A stretch of DNA of 64,000 nt, taken from Promethearchaeota archaeon (lineage in GTDB: Archaea; Asgardarchaeota; Lokiarchaeia; Sigyniarchaeales; SOKP01). Made by a program: the position numbers and the translations under genes. Shown here in pieces: positions 20,870-30,834 of this stretch (positions within the stretch are counted from its first letter, which is position 1; every line of letters begins with the position of its first letter). Below the pieces are notes generated by a model, which was given only the letters and a program-made list of their open reading frames with translations, was not told the DNA's origin and did not search any database. The stretch covers positions 160,001 through 224,000 of the forward strand of contig JAUVNS010000001.1 of the NCBI GenBank assembly GCA_030599585.1, in the 5' to 3' direction.

Positions 20870-21136
20870 TTACGAGCTAAGTAGCTGAAAGAGAATCGAA
20901 GCGTGAGGGATATAGAATTGATCCTTCACTTTTATTACGACGGTATGAAAATACTCAGCTAAACCTAAGAAACCTCGAATAACTGATTCGTCTTCCTCAA
21001 ATTTAAAAGTGATTTTTGCTATAGCCGCACTAGCACTGAAGTTGGCTTTTTCATAGACTCTTTCGTCAATTAAGGGGATTTTAAGCTCATTAACAATTTC
21101 ATATACTCGCTTGATGAAGAGTTCTCTCTTGGGAAT
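20870..21136 (-). CDS. Small uncharacterised protein (88 aa), probable ATT start; not in ORF track
   Basis: Open frame (M)PKRELFIKRVYEIVNELKIPLIDERVYEKANFSASAAIAKITFKFEEDESVIRGFLGLAEYFHTVVIKVKDQFYIPHASILFQLLSS*; AGGTG SD-like motif upstream; no upstream in-frame ATG/GTG/TTG before a stop. Confidence 0.65.
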   Translation of the reverse strand: MPKRELFIKRVYEIVNELKIPLIDERVYEKANFSASAAIAKITFKFEEDESVIRGFLGLAEYFHTVVIKVKDQFYIPHASILFQLLSS

Positions 21137-21394
21137 ATTAAAACACCTATTAATATTGAATACTATTATTAAACTTACAAATGAAATATGATATATAATA
21201 TATTAGATTTGGAACATTTAAGAGTTTTTTTTTAACTGTGAAAAATATTACAAATTGAATTTAAATTAGGAAAATCTATGATACAAATATTATACAAAAA
21301 TAAAAATATAAATTAATAAATTACAATTACTACTATAGCTATATATTATTCATTTAAAATGGATGATTAAAAATTTGGAGGAAATGAACTAACC

Positions 21395-22084
21395 TTGGTT
21401 TCGAAGGAATATAAGAAGATAGAGAGGGTCGTTAATTTTATGAAAAAGGGCTTAACCTCTCTAAGCGATGACTTAGAAGATACTGTTAAAGGGATTAATG
21501 ATTTTGTAAAATCGTTAAACAAAGCCTTGAAAGATTTGAAAGATGTTTCTATTGAACCAGAATTAAAAACTGTTAGTACATCCTCTAAAAAAGTGATAGC
21601 AACTTCGGATGGTATGGCTAAAACTGCAGCAGCGAGCACTTTATTTAGTTTACTAAGCGGTAGCCCTGCTCCAGTACAAGAAATGCCTCCAACTACTGCA
21701 GCTACTGTATCTCCAACAGTAGGTGGGCCTCCTAAAGCTCCTGGAAAGGGTCCTCCAAAAAGACCTGCATCGGGCGCACCTCCAAAAGCACCAAGTAAAG
21801 GTGGACCACCTAAACGAACTAATTTACCTCCAGCACCAAAATTACCCCCCAGTTCTGGTGGTGTATCTGCTCAACCTCCTGTTTCAGGAACTGTGCAAAC
21901 GCCCTCATTCGCTAAGAGACCGATACCGCCAAAAGCACCATCAACAGGCGTTCCATCTCGACCGCCCGGAACTCCTACGGGTCCACCTGCAGCAGCACCT
22001 CAAGCAGGAGGGGGTTTAAGTTCTCTCCGAGATGAAATGTTAGAGGAGTTAAATCGTTTAAAGAAGATTATGAGAGGAGATTAG
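21395..22084 (+). CDS. Coiled-coil + proline-rich protein with C-terminal WH2/VASP-like helix (candidate actin regulator)
   Basis: N-terminal heptads; PPKxP repeats; C-terminus GGGLSSLRDEMLEELNRLKKIMRGD; GGAGG SD upstream of TTG start. Confidence 0.75.
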   Translation: MVSKEYKKIERVVNFMKKGLTSLSDDLEDTVKGINDFVKSLNKALKDLKDVSIEPELKTVSTSSKKVIATSDGMAKTAAASTLFSLLSGSPAPVQEMPPTTAATVSPTVGGPPKAPGKGPPKRPASGAPPKAPSKGGPPKRTNLPPAPKLPPSSGGVSAQPPVSGTVQTPSFAKRPIPPKAPSTGVPSRPPGTPTGPPAAAPQAGGGLSSLRDEMLEELNRLKKIMRGD

Positions 22085-22214
22085 TAACTAACTCCTTGTT
22101 TTTTATCTAATACTTATTTTTATACCGTTTTAACCTCGATTTTTACATCTTATAAAATTCATTACTATTAATTCAAAACATTTTTAATCATCGATTATGA
22201 ACTATTTAGTATAG

Positions 22215-22961
22215 ATGGATAAACACAATACTATCATCTGCGAAAACAATATACCAATTGTAGTTCCTAAACGCATAATGGTACTTGCTGGTCATCCAGA
22301 CGATGAAATCATATCTTGTGGTGGCACTCTTCTAAAATACCAAGCTTTCGGATCACAAATAATCGTTGTAGTTGCGACGAGTGGTGTTGGCGGATATGCA
22401 AAAAATAATCAAAAAGAAGGAATTATAAATCAAAGAAAACATGAGCTTGATTCTGTTCGATCAGCGTTGAAGTGTGAAATCATAGAATTAGATTTTCCTG
22501 ATATGGACATAAATAGAGAAAAAATCTCTAAGATAACAAATCTTATTAGAGATATTCAACCTCATGTTGTATTATTGCCTCATCATTCTGATTTTCATCG
22601 AGTGCATCGAAACTTGGCCTTAATTTCAAGAGAAGCAATTTACCATTGTTCGACGGGTAAAGCTTATGGAGGATATGAAAGAAACTGGACTCCATTAGGT
22701 GTGTATTATTACGAAGGACCTTCGTGTAAATTTCAATATATTGAGAGTTCTGTTTTTGTTATAGTAGATATCGAAGAATTTTGGGAGAAGAAAAAAGAGA
22801 TATTTAATATCGCCTACCTTACTCAGAAAGAAGTTTTAGGAAGAGTCATGGAGTGGGCAGAAGATACTGCGATTTTAAGAGGTAACGAAATAAATTCGTC
22901 GTATGGAGAAGCGTATATTCCTGAAACTACCTATACCCCACTTAAGCTTTTATTAGTATAG
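22215..22961 (+). CDS. PIG-L/LmbE family N-deacetylase
   Basis: AGHPDDE metal motif, ATSG, RKHE, HHSDFHRVH variant of HxDH. Confidence 0.88.
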   Translation: MDKHNTIICENNIPIVVPKRIMVLAGHPDDEIISCGGTLLKYQAFGSQIIVVVATSGVGGYAKNNQKEGIINQRKHELDSVRSALKCEIIELDFPDMDINREKISKITNLIRDIQPHVVLLPHHSDFHRVHRNLALISREAIYHCSTGKAYGGYERNWTPLGVYYYEGPSCKFQYIESSVFVIVDIEEFWEKKKEIFNIAYLTQKEVLGRVMEWAEDTAILRGNEINSSYGEAYIPETTYTPLKLLLV

Positions 22962-23029
22962 AATAGATATAAAAAGATTAAACATGTTTATTAAATAAGC
23001 GAATAAATTGCTAAAATTAATCTGACATT

Positions 23030-24145
23030 ATGGGCAATCTTACTGTTGTTTTAGACATTGGACAGTTTTCAGCTAAAGCGGGTTTTGCTGGTGAAGATAT
23101 GCCAAGCCAAGTATTCTTCACCATCGTAGGAAAGCCAAAATATAGACAAATTGATTACGAATATGGAATGGTTCGAAAAGACGACTATTATGTAGGAGAT
23201 GAGATTCAATCTTTAGGGTTATACAAAGTGCTTCACCCTATTAATAAAGGCATAATACAAGACTGGGTTTCATTCGGAAAAATAATTGATTATATCTTCT
23301 ATAATTTAAGAGTCGACCCTAGTTTAGTAAATGTCTTATTTGCCGTCCATCCTTTGTTTCCTCATAATGATTTAAAAAAGCTATTTGAATTATTTTTGGA
23401 ACATTATCAATGTAATGCTTTTTATCCGGTATTAGATTCTATGCTCACTTTGTATGCAGGAGGATTTCGAACAGGTTTGGTAATAGAGATCGGAGATAGT
23501 CTGACAAGAATAGTCCCAATCTATGAAGGTTATAAACTAGATCACGCAATTAGAATTCTTGAAATTGGCGGAAGAACTCTCACAAAATTTATGGAAAAAA
23601 TATTAGGTGCAAAAGGGTATTCGTCAGATTCTTCAATAAGAAGAGAACTCGTCAGGGCCTTAAAGGAAAAAGCATGTTTTGTCTCCCTCGATTACAAAGA
23701 AGATTTGAAGAGAGTTGAACAATATGAAAAAGAATATTCCTTGCCGGATGGCTCAACGATTTCTTTAGCTAGAGAGAGATTCGAAGTTCCGGAATTATTA
23801 TTTAGCCCTTCAATGGAATTAGAGGAAAAATCTCTCCCAGAAGCAATTATGGATGTAATTGAAATGTGTGACTTAGATGTCCGTCCAGATTTACTAAACA
23901 ATATTTTTTTGTCGGGAGGGTCTTCGATGTTTCCAAATCTCAAGTCTCGAATCTATCAAGAATTAGAAATTGAATTGGCGAGGCGTAAAAAGAAAAGCCA
24001 AGTCATCAAAATAATTGCACCCCGGGAAAGAATTTTCTCAGTTTGGGTAGGAGGATCGATTTTAGCAATGATTCCCGAATTCGAGCAGAACTGGATAACC
24101 AGAGCAAAATATTTTACTGATGGTATTCCTGAAGATATTCTATAA
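23030..24145 (+). CDS. Actin family protein (divergent Asgard actin / actin-related protein)
   Basis: VVLDIGQFSAKAGFAGED, YVGDE, IVPIYEGY, IGGRTLT, KEKACFVSLDY, YSLPDG, ERFEVPELLF, LSGGSSMFP, ERIFSVWVGGSILA. Confidence 0.95.
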   Translation: MGNLTVVLDIGQFSAKAGFAGEDMPSQVFFTIVGKPKYRQIDYEYGMVRKDDYYVGDEIQSLGLYKVLHPINKGIIQDWVSFGKIIDYIFYNLRVDPSLVNVLFAVHPLFPHNDLKKLFELFLEHYQCNAFYPVLDSMLTLYAGGFRTGLVIEIGDSLTRIVPIYEGYKLDHAIRILEIGGRTLTKFMEKILGAKGYSSDSSIRRELVRALKEKACFVSLDYKEDLKRVEQYEKEYSLPDGSTISLARERFEVPELLFSPSMELEEKSLPEAIMDVIEMCDLDVRPDLLNNIFLSGGSSMFPNLKSRIYQELEIELARRKKKSQVIKIIAPRERIFSVWVGGSILAMIPEFEQNWITRAKYFTDGIPEDIL

Positions 24146-24270
24146 ATCGCCGCTTAAGATTCAAGCATCTGTTTTTCAAAGTATTATTGTAATATTACAA
24201 GCGTATTACAGTTTTTTAAAAATATTATTCTGATATTATATTTTAGTGTAATTTCATCTTAATTGGAGGA

Positions 24271-24642
24271 ATGAAAATGGAAGAACCTCAGAATACTAGT
24301 TTTGAACAAACCAAAGTTCTAAAAAAATATTACAAACCTAACTACTCTCAATTATTTAATAAGATAAAAGACATTAAAACTCCGGTAAAAAATGAAATAT
24401 TAATGTCTTTACTTGATGGGAATTGGCATACTGAATTAGATTTAATAAGAGTAGCTAAGCAGAAAATGAGATATTTGGGAGCTGTTACCTTAGGGACAAT
24501 GATTCACTCTTTAAATCACCATCTAAAGAACGATTACCTTGAAAAGAAAATGATAAACGGAAAGCTATCTTACAGAATCTCAGATAATTATGTTGGGCTA
24601 ACTCGAGCGGCATACAACAAATATAGGTTTAAAATGGACTAA
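24271..24642 (+). CDS. Putative winged-helix protein
   Basis: EILMSLLDGNWHTELDLIR helix-turn-helix, YLEKKMINGKLSYRI wing. Confidence 0.6.
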   Translation: MKMEEPQNTSFEQTKVLKKYYKPNYSQLFNKIKDIKTPVKNEILMSLLDGNWHTELDLIRVAKQKMRYLGAVTLGTMIHSLNHHLKNDYLEKKMINGKLSYRISDNYVGLTRAAYNKYRFKMD

Positions 24643-24663
24643 CTTCTAATCAATTTTCTTTTT

Positions 24664-26850
24664 TTAACTTCTTTTTACGCATTGTTCTTTAGAAATTTGG
24701 TAATCTGTACAATTAGAACAGAAACCAATAATACCCTCTTCTTTAAAACTATCATTCCAACATTTTGGACAAATGTAATAGACATGACTTTTATTATTCT
24801 TCCTTTTTAGTATCTTGAATACATTAAAACCGCACTTTAAACAAGCCGTAGATTTTAATATGGTGATCCTTCCCGTTTTTGGAACTGAGAGGTAGGTTTT
24901 ACAATTTCGATCAGAACACGCCAGAAATCGTTTCTTTTGTGAAGTTGTAATTAATTTCATTGGATGATTTTTACAGGTTGGGCATTTTGAAGTAGTTTGA
25001 GGAAATTTTTTTTGAGATGTTTGCTGCATTGTCGTTTTTAAATTATCTTTAACGCTGTCAAATTTAATCGTTATTGTATTTTTCTCAGTACGAAATTTAT
25101 CAAACAGAGCTAGAAATATCTTTTTTACTATTGTTATAACATCTTCCTTTGTTTTCCTTTTCTCTTTTATATCTTCAAGTAAATTTTCAACAAATCGGGT
25201 GAAATCAGGTTTTAAAAACGGTAACCACACTTGAATTAGTTCCTGAATAAGAAATTTTCCCCATTCAGTTATTTTAAAGCGATTTTTAGCAATATTATAA
25301 GTTAATTTACGATCTAACAGAATCATTATTATTGTTGGACGAGTGGATTTTGTACCCAAATGTTCCCTCTCCATCAACTTTAATAAAGTTGTATCGGTAT
25401 AATGTGGTGGAGGTTGAGTTTTTTTATCGTCCAATAGGATTTCTTTAACTGGAAGTTCTTTGACTTCGATCTCAAATATTGGTTGGTAAGATTTTTTCAA
25501 AAAAGGAGCGATCTCATAAAACCCGCTCTGGGTTAACGAGACAAGGCGAGATGTAAATATTTCATCTTTGATTGATATCCTTAGTTTAATTCTCAATTCT
25601 GTTGCATGCTTACCGAAAAGAGCTAAATAATGTCGTGCCAATATGTCGTATACTTTTTTCTGGAGATTGTTTTCAAATTTTGAACTAGTTTGCTCTAAAC
25701 TTAGTAAAGGAGTAATGGGTGGATGATCTCCCGCATAAACTTTTCCTGTTGTTGGGTTCAATCGATTTTCTTTAAATAAATTTACTGTGTAACCTCCATA
25801 ATGTATGTGGGGTTTAAAATTTTCTAAATATGGAAGGTGGTTAAAATTGGGGCTGTATTTATCGCTATCAGTTCTTGGGTAAGAGATAATTTGGTTCAAA
25901 TATAACGAATTCATCGCATTCATGACAGATTTTGCGCTCGTTCTTAAAATTTTGGTTAACAATACAAGGGCTTTAGAAGTATTCAATGGCGTTGGGGGAT
26001 TAATTATACCCGATTCCTTTGTATTGTTTAAAATTATTGCTATTTTTTCGTTTTTAATTTTTTGAAATATGGCTTTGGCTTCGGATTCTTTCTCCTTAAT
26101 GAATGGATTTTTAGTATGCACAGCTTTTATAATATGACTTTTATGTTCTAAATTAGCGGAAATCGTCCAATATTGTTCAGGAATAAATTGTTCGATCTCG
26201 AGGTCTCTTAAATATATCAAATAGAGTAATGAAGTTTGTACTCTACCTATCGATACAAATTTATTATTAATCTCATTTAATATTGGTCTAAATGTATTTG
26301 TGACTTCCCTAGTACTTGAAAAGCCGATAACTGCATCGATAATTGCTCTTGCTTCCCCTGTTTCTCCCCAGCTCCATTTAGGGGAAATTAAATTTCTATA
26401 TTTTGATAATATCTCTTTTTTTTCTAATGAACTTAACCATAATTGGTTTACTTTAATATTTCTATTAGCTTTAATTACAAAAGGCAGTGCGTCAAAAAGT
26501 CCAATATTACACCCTTCGACATCGGCATCTGATGCAATCACACATTCGTCGCATTTTTTAGAGAAATCAATTAAAGCTTTAATATATGGATTAGCGTAGT
26601 TGATAGCGACTTTATCGATTGAATTTGGATTTGTAATGATTTCTCTAGGATCTGAATTAGTCCAGCTTTTAAATTGATCTGTATTTCTATACTCTAAAAT
26701 ATGACCTCGAAGAGGAACAACGTAAATACTTTTAGAATGTACTTGATAGACTTTTAGGTATTTTGATCTGTTTATGACCGTGACCGGCCCTAACGCCTCT
26801 GCGATTCTTTTAGCTGCTTTATTTTTTTCAGATATTATTAAAGTCGGCAT
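24664..26850 (-). CDS. topA: Type IA DNA topoisomerase with C-terminal zinc ribbons
   Basis: LIISEK TOPRIM, ASDADVEG, SIGRVQT, catalytic ISYPRTDS, DHPPITP, LGTKSTR, several CxxC pairs. Confidence 0.95.
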   Translation of the reverse strand: MPTLIISEKNKAAKRIAEALGPVTVINRSKYLKVYQVHSKSIYVVPLRGHILEYRNTDQFKSWTNSDPREIITNPNSIDKVAINYANPYIKALIDFSKKCDECVIASDADVEGCNIGLFDALPFVIKANRNIKVNQLWLSSLEKKEILSKYRNLISPKWSWGETGEARAIIDAVIGFSSTREVTNTFRPILNEINNKFVSIGRVQTSLLYLIYLRDLEIEQFIPEQYWTISANLEHKSHIIKAVHTKNPFIKEKESEAKAIFQKIKNEKIAIILNNTKESGIINPPTPLNTSKALVLLTKILRTSAKSVMNAMNSLYLNQIISYPRTDSDKYSPNFNHLPYLENFKPHIHYGGYTVNLFKENRLNPTTGKVYAGDHPPITPLLSLEQTSSKFENNLQKKVYDILARHYLALFGKHATELRIKLRISIKDEIFTSRLVSLTQSGFYEIAPFLKKSYQPIFEIEVKELPVKEILLDDKKTQPPPHYTDTTLLKLMEREHLGTKSTRPTIIMILLDRKLTYNIAKNRFKITEWGKFLIQELIQVWLPFLKPDFTRFVENLLEDIKEKRKTKEDVITIVKKIFLALFDKFRTEKNTITIKFDSVKDNLKTTMQQTSQKKFPQTTSKCPTCKNHPMKLITTSQKKRFLACSDRNCKTYLSVPKTGRITILKSTACLKCGFNVFKILKRKNNKSHVYYICPKCWNDSFKEEGIIGFCSNCTDYQISKEQCVKRS

Positions 26851-27052
26851 TAGGTTATAGGTTTTAAGTCTTCCATAATTTAGATTATTATTATTTTAAC
26901 TTTTATAAATAACAATAGAGCTATATATTTCTAATATATTTCTAATCGCTTTTAAATAAAAATATCTACTTTGAATAAGAAAATTCGTCTTATTATAATT
27001 TTTTGTTGTCGATATTGGTTTTGTTTAATAATCTTAAAAGGAAACGATTTTT

Positions 27053-30000
27053 TTATTTTGGGAGAGTAAAGCTAAATTCAGCACCTAAATCTCTTCCTTT
27101 TGATTCAACCCATATTTTTCCTCCATGCGCTTCTATAAAACCTCTAGCGATATACAATCCTAACCCACTTCCTTTATCGAAAGTTGAATATCCATCAACT
27201 CCTTGTTCAATTGTCACAAATTTACCAAATAACTTTTGAATTTCGTCGGGAGTCAAGCCTTTTCCGTTATCTTTTATGTTAAATAGAACCCTTTCATCTT
27301 CTTCTACAATAGAGATATCGATTTTTCCATTCTTGGGTGTAAATTTGACCGCATTCGACAAAAGATTTATCAAAGCTTGCGAAATTCTAAAGTTATCTAC
27401 TCTCATCTCAAGATTTTCGGGGACGTCTACATTAACCGTTAAATTTTTCTGACTAACTTGAAATTCTAAGTCAGAAAGACAGGTAATTATTATGTCATGA
27501 ATATTTTCTTCTCTTTTAACTAATTCTACCTTTTTTGCTTCGATTTTCATTACATCTAACAAGCGATTTATATACCCATCTAATCGGTGCACATTAGTTA
27601 AAACTCTATTTAAGTCCTCCTTAACCTCTTCTTTCAAATCCTTTTCTCTTAGAAGAATCAAATCGACATACCCTCCCACAGAAATTAGAGGTGTCTTTAA
27701 ATCGTGAGCAGCAATGCTGATAAAATCTGTCTTCAACCGATCTAGTTCTTTTAATTCAATATTTTGCTGTCTCAATATTCTTTCGGACTCTTTTAATTTC
27801 TCTTCAGCGAGCTTCTTTTCGGTAATATTTTGTATTATCGCTAAAATCATTAGTTCCCCACCTATATTAACGGCAGACAATTCAGATGCAACCCACATTG
27901 GTTTCTGATCTTTATTGTAAATTTTCGTGATTTGAGGTTTCATTATTGGATCAGATGGTTCCCCTTTAGACATCAAATCCTGAACCAATCTCAATCCGGG
28001 CATTGTTTCTTTGGGAAAAATATCCGTAAGAGTCAAATATTTTTTATCAATAAGGTCTTCTTCTTGATAACCAAAGAGTTTCGTTGTTGCCGTGTTCATT
28101 TCAATGATTTTGCCTTCAAAATTTAAAAGTACGATGCTAAATGGAGAATTTTCAAATAAGTGGCGATACTTTTCCTCTGATTCCTTTAGTTTTTTTTCAG
28201 CTCGTTTGCGATCGGTAATATCGCTAAAAGAAACCGCAAAAAATCCTTTTTTAGGGGAGTAGCCCGAAACTTTATACCAACGATCAAGTACTTCTGAATA
28301 ATCTTCTGAAGTTAATGGTTCTCCCGTGAGAGCCACTTTCCCATATCTTCCAATCCAATCTGCAGGATCATTCTCAATTCCAGGCAAAATTTCGGTTACG
28401 GTCTTTCCGATTATGTCACTTACTTTTAAACCAGTCAATTTTTCAAATTGGCTATTTGCTTCGATGTATCTATAATCTATTGGTTTGTTATCGTCGTTCA
28501 CTAAAACCTCGTGATAGGCAAAGCCCGTATTCATATTTTCAAACAATGAACGATATTTTTCTTCTGATTCCTTCAATTTCTCTTGAGCAATTTTTTGTTC
28601 TGTGACATCGGTTATAAGAGCTAAGTCAGCGAATCGCCCTAAATATGTAATAGTTTTACTGTAAGAATCTATCCATTTAATTTTTCCACTTTTAGTAATT
28701 AACCTATAGGAGCTGTACGCTGGGAGAGTAGAGGCGCCTAATTGTCTGTCCTTTAGGTATTCAATAGCTTGTTTTCGATCTTCGGGATGAATACTTATTA
28801 GTAATTCTTTTGGTGACCATTCCATCATTTCATCCATTGTATATTCATTAATTGCTAACATCGCATTGTTGACATACTTAATGTTGTCATCTTGAATAAT
28901 TACTATTCCAATTGTTGAGTGCTCAGTGATGGTCCTAAATTTCTCTTCTGATTCTTTTAACTCTTGTTCAGCTTTTTTTCGTTCGGTAATATCTAAAACC
29001 GTTACCAAATCTGCAGGTTTACCCATGTATTCAATACTCTTAGAATAATTATCCAACCATCTAATTTCTCCTGATCTATTAAATATCCGATACTGGTAAT
29101 TTGTTATATAATCCAACGAACCACCTTGCTTTTTTCTTAATTGTTCTACTACCCAGTTTCTATCCTCTGGATGAATGAATTCAAAAACTTTCGCAGGACT
29201 TAAATCTTTAGTTTCATCAACAGTATATCCAGTAAGACTCGTCGATAACTGATTAACATACTTTATTTTATTATCTTGGATAATCGCAATACCCATAAGA
29301 GAACTTTCGGCAATTGTTCTAAATTTTTCTTCAGACTCTCTAAGCTCTTTAGTTCTTTCTTGTACCTTTTTTTCTAATTCTTTGTTTAAAATCTTCAGTT
29401 CTTCTTCTGATCTTTGGAGCTTTAAATCAGCGGTTTTTTTTTCAGTGATATCTTGCATTATAACTTGAATAAGCGTCTTATCCCCTAGCTTAATTTTTGA
29501 ACTGGTTATATTTATCCATTTTTCTATCCCATCTGCTCGTGTCATTTTAAATTCTAACGCTTTCATTGGTTTGTCTTGAACAAAGCTATCAAATTTACTC
29601 TTAAAAAAAGGAATGAAATATTCTGGTCTTTCAAGCATTCCTAACACTTCTATAAAATTTTTCCCTACAAGATTTCCTCTCTTGTATTTCGAGAACATTA
29701 TGTCTGTAGTTGGATTACAATCAATTAGTACACCCTTTAAGTCAACTATCCAAATTGCATAAGGAGATCTTTCAAATAAGTGTCTGTATTTCTCTTCTGA
29801 TTGTCTAAACTTATGTTCTAACTCAGATCTCTCAGTAATGTCTCGGGTTATTCCATAAAAACCAATTTTTTTACCATAAGTGTCTTTATTTAAGTAAACG
29901 GAAGTTTCAACTATGACTTTCGTATTCTCTTTTTTAATGAACTCAAATTGGAAGTATTCTTGTGGTAAACCAGACTTATAAACCAAATTAAATATTTCAA

Positions 30001-30670
30001 AAACTTTCGTCTTATTCTCGTCGTTCATAATATGGTTATAGTTTATTTTCATCAGTTCATCAAATGAATAACCAGTCATTTGAGTGAAGGATTTGTTCAC
30101 ATATATGAAATTTCCCTCTAAATCTACTTCAAAATAGGCTTCTTTTATATTAGCGATAATTTGTCTGTATTTTTTTTCGAATGCTATTGATTTTTGAAAC
30201 GAAATTTTTTCATCCTTAGTTAGGAGTAACTTCCAAAATCGGATTTCCTGCATGTTCTCCGCTGATTTTTTTAAATCATCCTCCGTTTTAGTCCAAACCT
30301 CTTCTTTCTTTTTGAATTGAGAAATATCTTGAGTTGTAATCAAATATTTGGTTTCATGTGCTTCGTTTTTGAATAAGCGCCCTTTAAATTCATAAAATCT
30401 GAAATTATCACCATAACGAACCCTTAATGTTTCTATTGCTTTTTCAAACTTTAACACTCTTTGGAGAAAATCCACCCCACCCTGAGAATCGTTGGGGTGC
30501 AAAATGTCAGTCATTTTACCTTCTATTGTATTCAGATTTAAGTTTTTCAAAAGAAAATTTTCAGTGATGAATTCAAATTCGTAATCCTCGTTTAAAATGA
30601 AGATGGGATCGTCAAGATATTCTTTTAAGACCTCGCCTATATTATACCCAAAATTAGTAGTTGATGCCAT
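27053..30670 (-). CDS. Soluble multi-PAS sensor histidine kinase
   Basis: About 7 PAS/PAC units (DITERK...ESEEKYR), HisKA AAHDLKTPL, NLLSNAVKFT, DNGKG, GSGLGL; no TM. Confidence 0.95.
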   Translation of the reverse strand: MASTTNFGYNIGEVLKEYLDDPIFILNEDYEFEFITENFLLKNLNLNTIEGKMTDILHPNDSQGGVDFLQRVLKFEKAIETLRVRYGDNFRFYEFKGRLFKNEAHETKYLITTQDISQFKKKEEVWTKTEDDLKKSAENMQEIRFWKLLLTKDEKISFQKSIAFEKKYRQIIANIKEAYFEVDLEGNFIYVNKSFTQMTGYSFDELMKINYNHIMNDENKTKVFEIFNLVYKSGLPQEYFQFEFIKKENTKVIVETSVYLNKDTYGKKIGFYGITRDITERSELEHKFRQSEEKYRHLFERSPYAIWIVDLKGVLIDCNPTTDIMFSKYKRGNLVGKNFIEVLGMLERPEYFIPFFKSKFDSFVQDKPMKALEFKMTRADGIEKWINITSSKIKLGDKTLIQVIMQDITEKKTADLKLQRSEEELKILNKELEKKVQERTKELRESEEKFRTIAESSLMGIAIIQDNKIKYVNQLSTSLTGYTVDETKDLSPAKVFEFIHPEDRNWVVEQLRKKQGGSLDYITNYQYRIFNRSGEIRWLDNYSKSIEYMGKPADLVTVLDITERKKAEQELKESEEKFRTITEHSTIGIVIIQDDNIKYVNNAMLAINEYTMDEMMEWSPKELLISIHPEDRKQAIEYLKDRQLGASTLPAYSSYRLITKSGKIKWIDSYSKTITYLGRFADLALITDVTEQKIAQEKLKESEEKYRSLFENMNTGFAYHEVLVNDDNKPIDYRYIEANSQFEKLTGLKVSDIIGKTVTEILPGIENDPADWIGRYGKVALTGEPLTSEDYSEVLDRWYKVSGYSPKKGFFAVSFSDITDRKRAEKKLKESEEKYRHLFENSPFSIVLLNFEGKIIEMNTATTKLFGYQEEDLIDKKYLTLTDIFPKETMPGLRLVQDLMSKGEPSDPIMKPQITKIYNKDQKPMWVASELSAVNIGGELMILAIIQNITEKKLAEEKLKESERILRQQNIELKELDRLKTDFISIAAHDLKTPLISVGGYVDLILLREKDLKEEVKEDLNRVLTNVHRLDGYINRLLDVMKIEAKKVELVKREENIHDIIITCLSDLEFQVSQKNLTVNVDVPENLEMRVDNFRISQALINLLSNAVKFTPKNGKIDISIVEEDERVLFNIKDNGKGLTPDEIQKLFGKFVTIEQGVDGYSTFDKGSGLGLYIARGFIEAHGGKIWVESKGRDLGAEFSFTLPK

Positions 30671-30834
30671 TTTATCTAATGACCTCTTAGACTTATAAGA
30701 TATTAAGTTCCTAATTTATATTTTAGTAAAGATTTTTAATAATGTTATTCTTTCCAACAACTCAAAGTTCTAATGGAAAAATTATAAGGAGATACATCTA
30801 ATCTCTTACATAATAATAAATAGATAATATTATA

